A stretch of 64,000 bases of DNA, taken from positions 12,514 to 76,513 of the forward strand of contig CAVWJR010000002.1 of assembly GCA_963755485.1 (NCBI GenBank), given 5' to 3'. Under the pieces are notes generated by a model, which had not been told where the DNA came from, did no database searches, and worked only from the letters and a program-made list of their open reading frames with translations. Of the stretch, positions 55,188 to 64,000 are shown piece after piece. The first letter of the stretch is position 1. Each line of letters opens with the position of its first letter. The DNA is from an uncultured Acidobacteriaceae bacterium (lineage in GTDB: Bacteria; Acidobacteriota; Terriglobia; Terriglobales; Acidobacteriaceae). A program made the position numbers and the translations under genes.

Positions 55188-56620
55188 CGTTCGCTCCAGC
55201 GCATCGCACGGTGCCCTCCACCCGCCGCAACCGATGTGTTGCGGATCCATGACGCCAGGCTCATCACATCCTCGGCCGCCGGTGAATTCGGCGCGTAGTC
55301 GATCACCGTCATCCCCTCGGCCAGCGCCTCGCTCACCGCCGCGGTCCGGTGCACGGCAATCGGCAGCAGCCGTTCGCCCAGTTGCTGCCGCAGCACCTCA
55401 CGCACATCCAGCTGCAGCGGCGACGAAGGATCGAACTGGCTCAGCACGTACCAGGCCTGCAGCGGTTTCCCGCTCAGCCCCTCCTGATTCCGGAAAAATC
55501 CTTCCAGCGCCTGCAGCGTCACCACCGACGTCATGTCCGGAACCACCGGCACCAGCACCATCGGCGAAAGCCGCAGCGCCTGCCGCAGCATCGCCGCCGA
55601 TCCCGTCGCCACATCGATCAGCATTCGGTTCGCGTCCTGCGCCCCACGCATCATCTCCCGCCGCAGCAACTCCGGATCGGCACTTTCCCGCCCCGCATCG
55701 AGCGTCAGCACCCGGATCGGCGGGTCGCTCGTCCCTCCGCTGAACGTCCGCACTACGCCCGTCTTGATCTCCCGCGCGCCAAAGTAGAACGGCAGAACCC
55801 CGAACGAACAGGTATCCGCCAGCAGCACGCGCTCGCCGCGCGCCGCCAATGCCCGCCCTATCGCCGCCGTCAGACTGGTCTTCCCCACTCCGCCGGCGAG
55901 CGAGAAAAACGTCATCACCGGAATCTGCCAATCCAGCCGTTCCTCCTGGATCTCCTCCTGGCCTCGCCCGAAAACGCCGCGCAGCGCGTACCACCGCGAT
56001 GCCACTTGTTCGCGGGATTGCTGCTCAGGTTCACTGACCGGAACCGGCACCGGAACTGGAGTCAGAGCCGGAGCCGGAGTTGGCGCTATCGCCTGGGGAT
56101 CTGGCGTCATCACCGCATGGGGAGGAGTTTCTGCCAGCCACGCCGGTCTCTCCGTCGCCGCTTCCGCATCCGGCCTCACCGCCGGGAGCTGCTCCACGGC
56201 CGGTTCCTCTCGAAAATAAGGCGCCCCCGCGAGCCCGTGCCGCGTCGTCTGTTCCGCTGGAGCCGGCAAGGTTCCCGCGTCCCGCTCCGGTTCCTCGGGA
56301 AATTCAAATCGCCGCTCTACGGGAAATTCATGGCGAGCCGGCGCAGCAGCCTGGCCGCCGCCCGGCAGCAAATCTTCCCAGCGCGAGCCATTGCTCAAAG
56401 GTGGCGGATGCGGCATCTCCCGCGCCTCTTCCCTCGCAACTCGCGCCCGCTCCCCCAGCGTTCGCTGCCGCATCTGCTGTCGCATTTGTTGCCGCGACGC
56501 GCTGAAGTCCCGGTACTTGGCTCCATGCAGGTTCGCCCACGAATACAGCGTCGCGACGTCGTCCGCCTGCTCGGTGTTCTCCGTGTTCCCGGCGCTGATG
56601 TCGTCCTCGTCCTGCTTCAT
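55184..56620 (-). CDS. bcsQ: BcsQ (MinD/ParA-like cellulose biosynthesis ATPase) with a ~240-aa acidic/Pro-rich N-terminal extension
   Basis: The C-terminal half reads IPVMTFFSLAGGVGKTSLTAAIGRALAARGERVLLADT...MLIDVATG...YVLSQFD, which is BcsQ/YhjQ-like. The N-terminal half is low-complexity (..TPAPALTPVPVPVPVSEPEQQ..). The start is chosen at ATG 56620, behind AGGGGA. The track ORF starts at 56644. Confidence 0.8.
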   Translation of the reverse strand: MKQDEDDISAGNTENTEQADDVATLYSWANLHGAKYRDFSASRQQMRQQMRQRTLGERARVAREEAREMPHPPPLSNGSRWEDLLPGGGQAAAPARHEFPVERRFEFPEEPERDAGTLPAPAEQTTRHGLAGAPYFREEPAVEQLPAVRPDAEAATERPAWLAETPPHAVMTPDPQAIAPTPAPALTPVPVPVPVSEPEQQSREQVASRWYALRGVFGRGQEEIQEERLDWQIPVMTFFSLAGGVGKTSLTAAIGRALAARGERVLLADTCSFGVLPFYFGAREIKTGVVRTFSGGTSDPPIRVLTLDAGRESADPELLRREMMRGAQDANRMLIDVATGSAAMLRQALRLSPMVLVPVVPDMTSVVTLQALEGFFRNQEGLSGKPLQAWYVLSQFDPSSPLQLDVREVLRQQLGERLLPIAVHRTAAVSEALAEGMTVIDYAPNSPAAEDVMSLASWIRNTSVAAGGGHRAMRWSER

Positions 56621-57107
56621 CGCGTCATCCCCTGCTGATACCACCGGCCGCTACAGGACCTGTTGAAATCGACTCTTGCTGTTCGCAGACTGTTAGCCCC
56701 GGACCTTGCTGCTCTGCTGCGGCGGGGATGACGCAGCATGGGCCTTCCATCGTGAATGTCAACCGCTCCGGTTACGCTCGTTCTCCAGTCTGTGGGGACT
56801 TCGTGTTTCCTTTTGCGTCAATCCAATTGCTTCGCCAAAACCTCTGAAGAAAGTGAAGTGTAGCCAGGTTAAACCTTTAGCTCTGCTTCAACCATTCCCT
56901 TTCAGTAACTCAACGCCGTTACGACAGGGGGGTTAAAGTCTGCAAAAACGGGCCACTTAGCGCCTCGTAATCTTGACCCGCCCATCGATCCATGCTGTCG
57001 AGATCGCCGTCGAGGATCGCGGCGTGCCCGCAACTTCGTGGCCCCGGAACCCTGATCGAAGCTCAGTTTTCTCTCCAGACGCGGAGCCGGATTGTTAAAT
57101 TCACAGG

Positions 57108-58454
57108 ATGGCTCCTGCCCTCAAACCGCCGCGAAAGATGCGCTTTCTGCCGCTGATCGCCGCCACATACTTCATGGTCTCCGGCGGACCCTATGGTATT
57201 GAGGACATCCTCGGCGGCGCAGGCTACGCCAAAGCCATCGTCATTCTCCTCGTCCTTCCTGTCATCTGGAGCCTGCCCACCGCGCTCATGATCGGCGAGC
57301 TGGCCAGCGCGATTCCCGTTGAAGGCGGCTTCTACGCCTGGGTTCGCCGTGCCCTGGGTCCTTTCTGGGGCTATCAGGAAAGCTGGCTCTCGCTTTCCGC
57401 CAGCATCTTCGATATGGCCATCTACCCTGCCATCTTTGTCAGCTATCTGGGAAAGTTCAGCCCCGCGCTCACCGCCGGATGGCACGGATACGCCTGGTCT
57501 CTGGCTCTGGTCGCGCTGTGCTGCCTCTGGAATCTTCGTGGCGCACCCGCCGTCGGCGAGGGCTCTGTCTGGATGGCCGTCCTCCTTCTCGCGCCCTTTG
57601 CCGTCTTTGTGCTGCTCGGCCTTTGGCACGCATTTTCAAAGCATCCCGCTGTGCAATGGCATGCGGCCGCTTCCCAGTCCGCGCTCTCCACTGCGGTCCT
57701 GGTTGCCATGTGGAATTACATGGGCTGGGACAACGCTTCCACCGTCGCGCAGGAAGTCGAGAATCCGCAGCGGAATTACCCCAGGGGCATGGTCGCCGCG
57801 GCTGCGCTCACCGCGCTCACCTATATCCTGCCCCTCCTGGCCATGGCGCTTGCCGGCATTTCCGTGGCCAGCTTCTCCACCGGCGATTGGTTAATCGCAG
57901 CCACTTCCATCGGCGGCCCTCTGCTCGGACTCGCTGTGCTGGCCGGCGGCGCCATCTGCGGCGTTGGCATGTTCAACGCGCTGATGCTCAGCTACACCCG
58001 CCTGCCCTTCGCCATGGCTGAAGACGGCATGCTGCCCAAACTGCTCGCCCGCCGCAACCGCCGCGGCGTTCCCTGGGTCAGCGTGCTGTTGTGCGGCCTC
58101 GGCTGGGCCGTCGCTCTCAACCTGCCCTTCGAGCGCCTCATCTCCATCGACCTGATTCTTTACGGATCGAGCCTCCTCCTCGAGTTTGTCGCCCTCATCG
58201 TTCTGCGTCTCCGCGAACCCAACCTGGAACGGCCCTTCCGGGCGGGAAATCTGGTCTTCGCCTGTTCCCTGGGCGTGGGTCCGGCGGTGCTCATCGGCTA
58301 TGCTCTTTATGCTTCCCGGTCTGAGAAGATCACGGGTTCCATGTCGGCGCTGCTCTTCTCGGTCATCATCGCCTTGTTGGGTCCGTTGCTTTACCGGTTC
58401 ACTGCTGTTCCTCTCGCCCGCCGTCGCCTCGCCGCAGCTGCGGCGGCAGATTAA
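57108..58454 (+). CDS. APC-family amino-acid permease
   Basis: The 448-aa ORF has about 12 TM spans and reads ..ATYFMVSGGPYGIEDILG...IGELASAIPVEGGFYAWVRRALGPFWG.., which is APC-like. Confidence 0.85.
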   Translation: MAPALKPPRKMRFLPLIAATYFMVSGGPYGIEDILGGAGYAKAIVILLVLPVIWSLPTALMIGELASAIPVEGGFYAWVRRALGPFWGYQESWLSLSASIFDMAIYPAIFVSYLGKFSPALTAGWHGYAWSLALVALCCLWNLRGAPAVGEGSVWMAVLLLAPFAVFVLLGLWHAFSKHPAVQWHAAASQSALSTAVLVAMWNYMGWDNASTVAQEVENPQRNYPRGMVAAAALTALTYILPLLAMALAGISVASFSTGDWLIAATSIGGPLLGLAVLAGGAICGVGMFNALMLSYTRLPFAMAEDGMLPKLLARRNRRGVPWVSVLLCGLGWAVALNLPFERLISIDLILYGSSLLLEFVALIVLRLREPNLERPFRAGNLVFACSLGVGPAVLIGYALYASRSEKITGSMSALLFSVIIALLGPLLYRFTAVPLARRRLAAAAAAD

Positions 58455-58570
58455 CCGGGCAATAGAGAAACGCAAACAAAATAAATAGAAACCAAAAGAA
58501 AGCCCTGCCCGAATCGCCCCAATTGCCCGCGCTGACACCCAGCCCCGGCATTCGATTTGGACGATATGCC

Positions 58571-58641
58571 TTGACACCGAGAGCAAACCGGATTACAAGG
58601 TGTCAATACGAAACAAGAGGAAATCAATCAATGTTTCGTAT
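58571..58641 (+). promoter_or_regulatory. Two consecutive inverted repeats in the TonB-receptor leader
   Basis: TTGACACC (58571-58578) pairs with GGTGTCAA (58599-58606). ATACGAAAC (58606-58614) pairs with GTTTCGTAT (58633-58641). All arms are perfect. The first arm contains a TTGACA -35-like hexamer. Confidence 0.45.
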
Positions 58642-58662
58642 GCAATCTCTCCGGGAGGCTTT

Positions 58663-61600
58663 ATGCGCATCACCCGCTTTCTCGCGTGCGCGCCCCTGCT
58701 GGCCATTCTCTTCTCTGGTCCGCCCGCATCGGCGCAATCGACGAACGAAGGAGTCCTGGCCGGGACGATCAGTGATGTAAGCGGGGCCGTCATACCGGGG
58801 GCCACCGTCACCCTGACTGACCTCGGAACCAATATTGCGCGGACCGCGCAAACTAACGGCCAGGGAGACTATTTCTTCCGCGCTCTGCCACCGGCAACCT
58901 ACAAAATGGTGATCGCAGCGAAGGGATTCGGAACCGTCGAACAGGACAATATTGTTCTGACCGTGAACCAGCAGGCCACACTGAACACGACCCTGAAACC
59001 TGCCGCCGAATCGACCAGCGTCACCGTGCATGCGATTCCGGTACTGCTGGACTCCGAAGACGCGACGCTGGGCACCGATGTAGACAGTAAATATCTGGAA
59101 CAGATTCCGCTGCTCAATCGCGACTCGTTCGGGCTGACGTTTCTTGCCGGTGGGGTCACCGAGACGACCGGTTCGGGCACCCAGGACTCCTACCCGAGCG
59201 GAACCAACTTTGTCTCGAATGGGCAACGGAACGCCACCGCCGATATCCGTCTGGATGGCGATCTGTTGAGCGCCCCCGAGCAGGGCGAAGGCGGCACAAC
59301 GAACGTGTACTACCAGCCTTCGGTGGAAGCGCTGCAGGAATTCAAGGTGGAGAACAACAGCTTCTCCGCCGAATACGGAAACAACGGCGGCACGGTGGTC
59401 AACACCGTGATGAAATCCGGCACCAACCAACTGCACGGCAGCGCGTGGTGGTATGGCCAGCGCGCGGCGTTCGACGCACGCGACTTTTTCAATTCCGGGC
59501 CGGTGCCGGGTCATCAGCAGGACCAGGAAGGCTTCACCATCGGCGGCCCCGTCCGGAAGAGCAAGACCTTCTACTTCGGCGACCTCTCCATCGTGCGCGA
59601 TCTGGAGCCAGTCAACATCGTCGCCACCGTGCCAACCGATTTAGAGCGCAAGGGCGATTACTCCCAAACCATGGCCTATGACGCGAACGGCAATCTGGTG
59701 CAGAACCAGATCTTCGATCCGTTTACCACCGACGCGAATGGCAACCGCCAGGCATACAACGGGAACATGGTCCCGCAGGCCGAATGGGATCCAGTAGGCC
59801 AGGCGATCCTGAAGCTCTATCCCGAACCGAACACGGCCGGCGACCCGGGGATTGGCACCAACAATTTCCGCGATGAGGTGCTGGCGGCGTCAAAGAGCCA
59901 GCAGTTCGACATCAAGATCGATCAGAACTTCAGCGCCCGATCCCGCCTGAGCGCCCGCTATAGCTATCAGCACAACGACGGAAACACCCCAGGCATTTTC
60001 ACCGACGACATCTTCAATGACGGAACCGCCTACCGAGGATCGTTCTACAACGATGGGCTCGAGTACAGCTTTTCCCCGACCGCAAATACGCTGTGGGTGA
60101 GCCGCTTTGGCATCGACCGGGTGGCGCAGCCGTCGTTCTCCAGTACACCCGATCCCACTTCCATCGGATTCCCCTCTTATCTGGATGCGGCGAACGGAAT
60201 CAAACGCATGCCTTCCATCCTGCCCAACGATTACGGCGATTATTCGCGCTTCACGCCGCTGTTCAGCCAGTGCTGCGTGGATACGAAATTCGCGCACACG
60301 CTGCTGAATTACTCATCAAATTTCTCCTGGACACGCCGGCAGCACAGTTTCAAGTTCGGGGGCGAGCAGCGCATCTTCTATAACAATTTCGATCAGCCCA
60401 ACTACCCCACCGGCTTTTTCAGCTTCGATCAGACCGTCAGCTCCGCCACCCCGTATGACACCGCCAACGGAACCCAGGGCAACTCCTTCGCCAATATTCT
60501 TATCGGCTATGGCGATACGGGCGGCATCAATGTCGAGCCAGCGGTCGCAGACATGTCGAGGGAGACCGCCTTCTATGCCGAGGACAGCTGGCATGCGACG
60601 TCAAAGCTGACGCTCAACCTCGGTGTCCGCTACGAGTGGAGCACGCCCTATTCCGAGCGCCACAACTACGAGGAGTTCAGCAACTTTACCGCCAGCAGCG
60701 GCCAGCCCGTCCCCGGGCTCAGCGCTTATCAGCCCAGCGATACTCCGCCCGGGACGACGATCTTCGCCGGCAACAATCAGCGCACCATCCCGGTGGATCG
60801 CAACAACGTGGCGCCGCGGCTGGCGTTCGCCTGGCAGGCGAATCCCAATCTGGTGTTTCGCGGCGGAGCAGGCATCTACTACGGGCTCAACGTGGCCACC
60901 AATTACCAGTATCCGGGGCCGGCCTTTGCCGCCAGTCCCTCGGTATTCTTCAGCAAAGACAATTACCAGACGCGCTACGCGACCCTGGAAAATCCATTCC
61001 CCGGCGGGATTCCGCAGCCCCAGGGAACGAAGTACGGCAAACTCGCGGACTGGGGTCTGGCGGACAGCAATAACCTCGACCTCGAGCCCGCGCGCAACGC
61101 AGAAATCTACCAGTGGAACCTGGGGATTCAGCAGGCGTTTCCCTGGAAGGTGGTGCTGGGCATCGACTACTCGGCCAATCGTTCCACCCATCTGCCGTGG
61201 GGCGGGTACAGCAGCACCAGCAACCGGAACTTCATTCCCTCAGGCGTGCGCCGGCAGTACACGAGCGACGATCTGAGCACGCTGGTGGACAACCCGTTCC
61301 AGCCGCTGTTCAGCGGTCCCAACGCCATCTTCAACGAGCCCGAGTCGCGCTATGGCGATGACCAGCTGCCACTCATCAACCTGCTGCGGCCTTATCCGCA
61401 ATACGACGGAGTCTTCGCCGGACTGCCGAAACTGGCGGCCAGCTCCTGGTACAACTCGATGCAGGTCCGGTTCCAGAAGCGCGAGAGCCAGTACCTGTCC
61501 TTCGAAGGCAACTACACGTGGTCCAAAGCAGAGGACGATTCCTCCGTCGGCTTCAACGCGTTCGTCGGCTATCTTGACACTGGCAATCCCCAGGAGTTGG

Positions 61601-62202
61601 ACAATCTGAAAGCAGAGTGGTCGATCAGCGCCAATGACGCGACGAATCGTTTCGTAGCGGCAGTCGTGGCCAATTCCCCGATCGGACGCGGGCAGCTCAT
61701 CGGGGGCAACATGAACCGTGTGCTCGACTATGTCATCGGCGGTTGGCAGGGCTCCACCCTCATGACCTATCAAACCGGCACGCCCATGCCCATCTCGATG
61801 GGCAACCCGCGCCTGGCGGATGGCAACCAGCGCCCGGACGTGACCTGTTTCCAGGTGACAACCGGCATGAGTATTCACCATGCTGCGTTAACGCAGCAGC
61901 CGTACCTGAACACCAACTGCTTCGCCGACCCCGGCGATCAGCAGCCGGGCAATGCCCCGCGCTATTTCTCCAATATTCGCGGCGACAGCATTCGAGACTT
62001 CGACGTGTCGTTCATGAAGTCCGAGACGTTGCCGCGCGAAAGCCGGCTGGAACTTCACGTCGATCTTTTCAACTTCACCAACACACCGCGATTCGCGTTT
62101 CCCGACTACGGGTATGAAGACTCCACCTTCGGCATCGTCAGTTCCACAGCGGCAGGATACGTTCCGCGCCACCTGCAGTTCGGTGCGCGCTACCAGTTCT
62201 AA
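58663..62202 (+). CDS. TonB-dependent outer-membrane receptor with an N-terminal carboxypeptidase-regulatory-like domain
   Basis: MRITRFLACAPLLAILFSGPPASAQ is the signal peptide. GTISDVSGAVIPGATVTLTDLGTNIARTAQTNGQGDYFFRALPPATYKMV is the CarboxypepD_reg domain, followed by a plug and a large barrel ending ..HLQFGARYQF. ATG 58663 lies behind GGGAGG. Confidence 0.88.
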   Translation: MRITRFLACAPLLAILFSGPPASAQSTNEGVLAGTISDVSGAVIPGATVTLTDLGTNIARTAQTNGQGDYFFRALPPATYKMVIAAKGFGTVEQDNIVLTVNQQATLNTTLKPAAESTSVTVHAIPVLLDSEDATLGTDVDSKYLEQIPLLNRDSFGLTFLAGGVTETTGSGTQDSYPSGTNFVSNGQRNATADIRLDGDLLSAPEQGEGGTTNVYYQPSVEALQEFKVENNSFSAEYGNNGGTVVNTVMKSGTNQLHGSAWWYGQRAAFDARDFFNSGPVPGHQQDQEGFTIGGPVRKSKTFYFGDLSIVRDLEPVNIVATVPTDLERKGDYSQTMAYDANGNLVQNQIFDPFTTDANGNRQAYNGNMVPQAEWDPVGQAILKLYPEPNTAGDPGIGTNNFRDEVLAASKSQQFDIKIDQNFSARSRLSARYSYQHNDGNTPGIFTDDIFNDGTAYRGSFYNDGLEYSFSPTANTLWVSRFGIDRVAQPSFSSTPDPTSIGFPSYLDAANGIKRMPSILPNDYGDYSRFTPLFSQCCVDTKFAHTLLNYSSNFSWTRRQHSFKFGGEQRIFYNNFDQPNYPTGFFSFDQTVSSATPYDTANGTQGNSFANILIGYGDTGGINVEPAVADMSRETAFYAEDSWHATSKLTLNLGVRYEWSTPYSERHNYEEFSNFTASSGQPVPGLSAYQPSDTPPGTTIFAGNNQRTIPVDRNNVAPRLAFAWQANPNLVFRGGAGIYYGLNVATNYQYPGPAFAASPSVFFSKDNYQTRYATLENPFPGGIPQPQGTKYGKLADWGLADSNNLDLEPARNAEIYQWNLGIQQAFPWKVVLGIDYSANRSTHLPWGGYSSTSNRNFIPSGVRRQYTSDDLSTLVDNPFQPLFSGPNAIFNEPESRYGDDQLPLINLLRPYPQYDGVFAGLPKLAASSWYNSMQVRFQKRESQYLSFEGNYTWSKAEDDSSVGFNAFVGYLDTGNPQELDNLKAEWSISANDATNRFVAAVVANSPIGRGQLIGGNMNRVLDYVIGGWQGSTLMTYQTGTPMPISMGNPRLADGNQRPDVTCFQVTTGMSIHHAALTQQPYLNTNCFADPGDQQPGNAPRYFSNIRGDSIRDFDVSFMKSETLPRESRLELHVDLFNFTNTPRFAFPDYGYEDSTFGIVSSTAAGYVPRHLQFGARYQF

Positions 62203-62270
62203 CGTCAGAGCCTGGTGGGCCAGATACCCCGCCAGCATTCTCACTCACGCAATTATTGGGGAGCCGTTCT

Positions 62271-64000
62271 ATGTCTGTTCGCTTGCAGGCATTCGCCCGT
62301 CGCGCCGCTTTGGTCCTGACTTTTGGATTCACGTGCATCTCTGCAGCATCCGCACAGCAGACTGATCATTCCGCGCGGGCATGGATGCACAGGGTGCGGA
62401 TTGCCGCCTGGTCGCTGACGCCGGACAATGCCCGGCAGATCGTGCAGCAGGCCCAGGCCAGCGGCGTCTACGGCATCGAGGTGGACAACGACATCGAGGG
62501 ACGTTACGAGAGCTTCCTCGATCCAAGGGTCAAGCTGGAGGCAATCCATCGGGTCGCGGAAGCGGCGCACAAGGCCGGCAACAAGGCCTTCGTCTACATC
62601 GCGGGGACCGAGTGCATCTCGCTGAACGCCGACGGTCCGCACACCCTGGCGAAAGAACATCCAGACTGGCTCCAGCGCAAGATCACGGGAGAGCCGGCGA
62701 TCTTCGGCGCGAAATCGGCGTTCTGGATCCGGCCCGGCGAAGAAGATGTGTGGGTGAGCCCGTACGCCGAGCCCTGGCGCAGAATCTACATGCAGCGGGT
62801 GCGCCAGATTGCCGCGACCGGCATCGACGGAATCTACGTGGACATTCCCTACTGGATGACGCACTTCACCGGATGGGAAGACAGTTGGGCCAGCTTTGAC
62901 GATGGAACGGTAGCGGCGTTCAGAAAGGCCACGGGACTCGACGCGCGCAAGGACATCAAACTCGACGATCCCGACGATCCCGGCTTCCGCAAGTGGATCG
63001 ACTTCCGCATACAGACGATTGACGATTTCCTGGCGGAGATCCGCCACAACGCCGTAGCTGTCAATCCGGCCATTGCGCTGATCCCGGAAATTTATCCTGG
63101 CATCGAGGAATCGGCTCCGCGTGTGGGCGCGGACGTGTATCAGCTCTATCCGGTCGTGGACGCCATCGCGCACGAGTACGAGTTCGGAGACAGCGAGGAC
63201 CACACCGCCGCATCACGCTCACCCTTTGATTGGTTCATGTATCAGATCGGAATGCGCAGCTTCCGCGCCTTTGCCGGAGAGACGAAGCCCACCTGGATTC
63301 TGAACTACTCCTGGGACGGCGCTAAAAACGTTCCGCCGCGCGATGCCATGCTCTCCCTCGCGAATTCCGAGCTGACAGCGGGCGCGAACTTCTGGGATGC
63401 GCGCGGCCATGTGATGTCGGGTTCGAACGACATGCCGACCAGGAAGCATATCTTCCGCTGGATCGCGTCGCACGAGGACATCTTCGGCGCCGAGCGCCAA
63501 CCCGAGGGCGAGACCGGCGTCTATTTCTCCGACACCACCCGCAACTACTATCCGAAGGAGTTTGTCGACGCCTATCGCGGCGTCCTCCTTCTCCTGCTCC
63601 AAAATCACGTGCAGTTTCGAATCGTCACGGCGCGAACCCTGAACGCATTTCACGGCAAGGTTCTGGTGCTGCCGGATGTGCGTGTCCTGAGTGAGCAGGA
63701 AGCAGCGGGTGTGAAAAGCTTCGCGGATGGCGGCGGCCACGTGGTTCTCACCGGGAAGACGGATGCGCATCTGGATGCGCTGAAGGAAGCGCAGCGGTTT
63801 CCGGATCAGCCGGAGATCCGGTATCTCGATGCGGCGCAAAAGGACTTTTACGGCGTAAGCCCGGCGAGTGAGGCAGGCCTGCTGCACGCGATCGAGACGG
63901 AAAGCGATGTCCAGGTTAGCGCATCGCGAAACGTTGTCGTCCACGAGGCGCGCGTAAATGGACGGCCATTTCTCTTTTTCGCGAATTTCACCGGGGTGCA
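62271..64000 (+). CDS. Secreted TIM-barrel glycoside-hydrolase-like protein (family uncertain; GH42/GHL-type layout); the 3' end runs off the right window edge
   Basis: Absent from the ORF track because it is open to the window edge. Hand translation from ATG 62271 (behind GGGGAG) is stop-free to 64000: MSVRLQAFARRAALVLTFGFTCISAASAQQ..., GIDGIYVDIPYWM, ..LIPEIYPG.., then VLVLPDVRVLSEQEAAGVKSFADGGGHVVLTG (amidotransferase-like/trimerisation-type domain). Confidence 0.7.
   Translation, partial: MSVRLQAFARRAALVLTFGFTCISAASAQQTDHSARAWMHRVRIAAWSLTPDNARQIVQQAQASGVYGIEVDNDIEGRYESFLDPRVKLEAIHRVAEAAHKAGNKAFVYIAGTECISLNADGPHTLAKEHPDWLQRKITGEPAIFGAKSAFWIRPGEEDVWVSPYAEPWRRIYMQRVRQIAATGIDGIYVDIPYWMTHFTGWEDSWASFDDGTVAAFRKATGLDARKDIKLDDPDDPGFRKWIDFRIQTIDDFLAEIRHNAVAVNPAIALIPEIYPGIEESAPRVGADVYQLYPVVDAIAHEYEFGDSEDHTAASRSPFDWFMYQIGMRSFRAFAGETKPTWILNYSWDGAKNVPPRDAMLSLANSELTAGANFWDARGHVMSGSNDMPTRKHIFRWIASHEDIFGAERQPEGETGVYFSDTTRNYYPKEFVDAYRGVLLLLLQNHVQFRIVTARTLNAFHGKVLVLPDVRVLSEQEAAGVKSFADGGGHVVLTGKTDAHLDALKEAQRFPDQPEIRYLDAAQKDFYGVSPASEAGLLHAIETESDVQVSASRNVVVHEARVNGRPFLFFANFTGV

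Noticed and set aside
56625-56750. 41-aa minus-strand ORF (MEGPCCVIPAAAEQQGPGLTVCEQQESISTGPVAAGGISRG) ending just before the bcsQ ATG; considered as a BcsR-like mini-protein
   Set aside because: Third-codon-position GC content is only about half, against strongly GC-rich third positions in real genes here. There is no Shine-Dalgarno and no resemblance to BcsR as I remember it.
56621-57107. c-di-GMP (GEMM) riboswitch or another known leader element in the 490-nt region upstream of the bcs operon
   Set aside because: On the minus strand I see only a weak GACGCAAAAGG resemblance and a TTGACA hexamer without a convincing -10. There is no paired GEMM hairpin architecture.

Overview
High-GC, gene-dense chromosomal segment. 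Gene content looks Acidobacteria/Terriglobia-like, for example an ~1180-aa CarboxypepD_reg-type TonB-dependent receptor and secreted glycoside-hydrolase-like genes; this is inference, not a database result. All family assignments come from reading the supplied translations or my own hand translations and recognising motifs from memory. No searches were run.

I support about 48 protein genes, left to right:
- a partial beta-helix glycoside hydrolase with PKD and PA14 domains
- a HigBA-like TA pair
- divergent argS and metG, both apparently frameshifted
- a ParD/RelE-like TA pair
- an AT-rich non-coding island
- tatD, yajQ, a polyprenyl synthase, lpxD, a MobB-like P-loop gene, a Uma2 nuclease, xseB
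- a YitJ-like homocysteine methyltransferase/MTHFR
- a YVTN lipoprotein, a BshB1-like deacetylase, a sodium:solute symporter
- a translationally coupled TetR-HlyD-ABC-ABC2 efflux operon
- an APC-Usp permease and a membrane-less MgtE_N/CBS protein
- mdh-icd, a Gfo/Idh/MocA oxidoreductase, SCO1, a quinone oxidoreductase
- larB-larC-larE without larA
- a TPR protein coupled to a ClC channel
- a histidine-kinase / stand-alone KdpD-N / glpD operon
- a CsgG-like protein
- a cellulose synthase operon (extended bcsQ, fused bcsA-bcsB, bcsC)
- an APC permease
- a TonB-dependent receptor followed by a partial GH-like gene

I recognised no rRNA, tRNA, CRISPR array, transposase, integrase or classical defence gene.

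The region reads mostly as ordinary core genome. The items most worth a second look are:
- the split KdpD-like sensor module, whose kinase has Gln in place of the H-box His
- the unusual bcs architecture
- the repeat-bearing AT-rich island at 7.7-8.2 kb
- the cluster of reading-frame disruptions in argS and metG

I did not find a clearly novel multi-gene system, and interest scores are kept modest accordingly.
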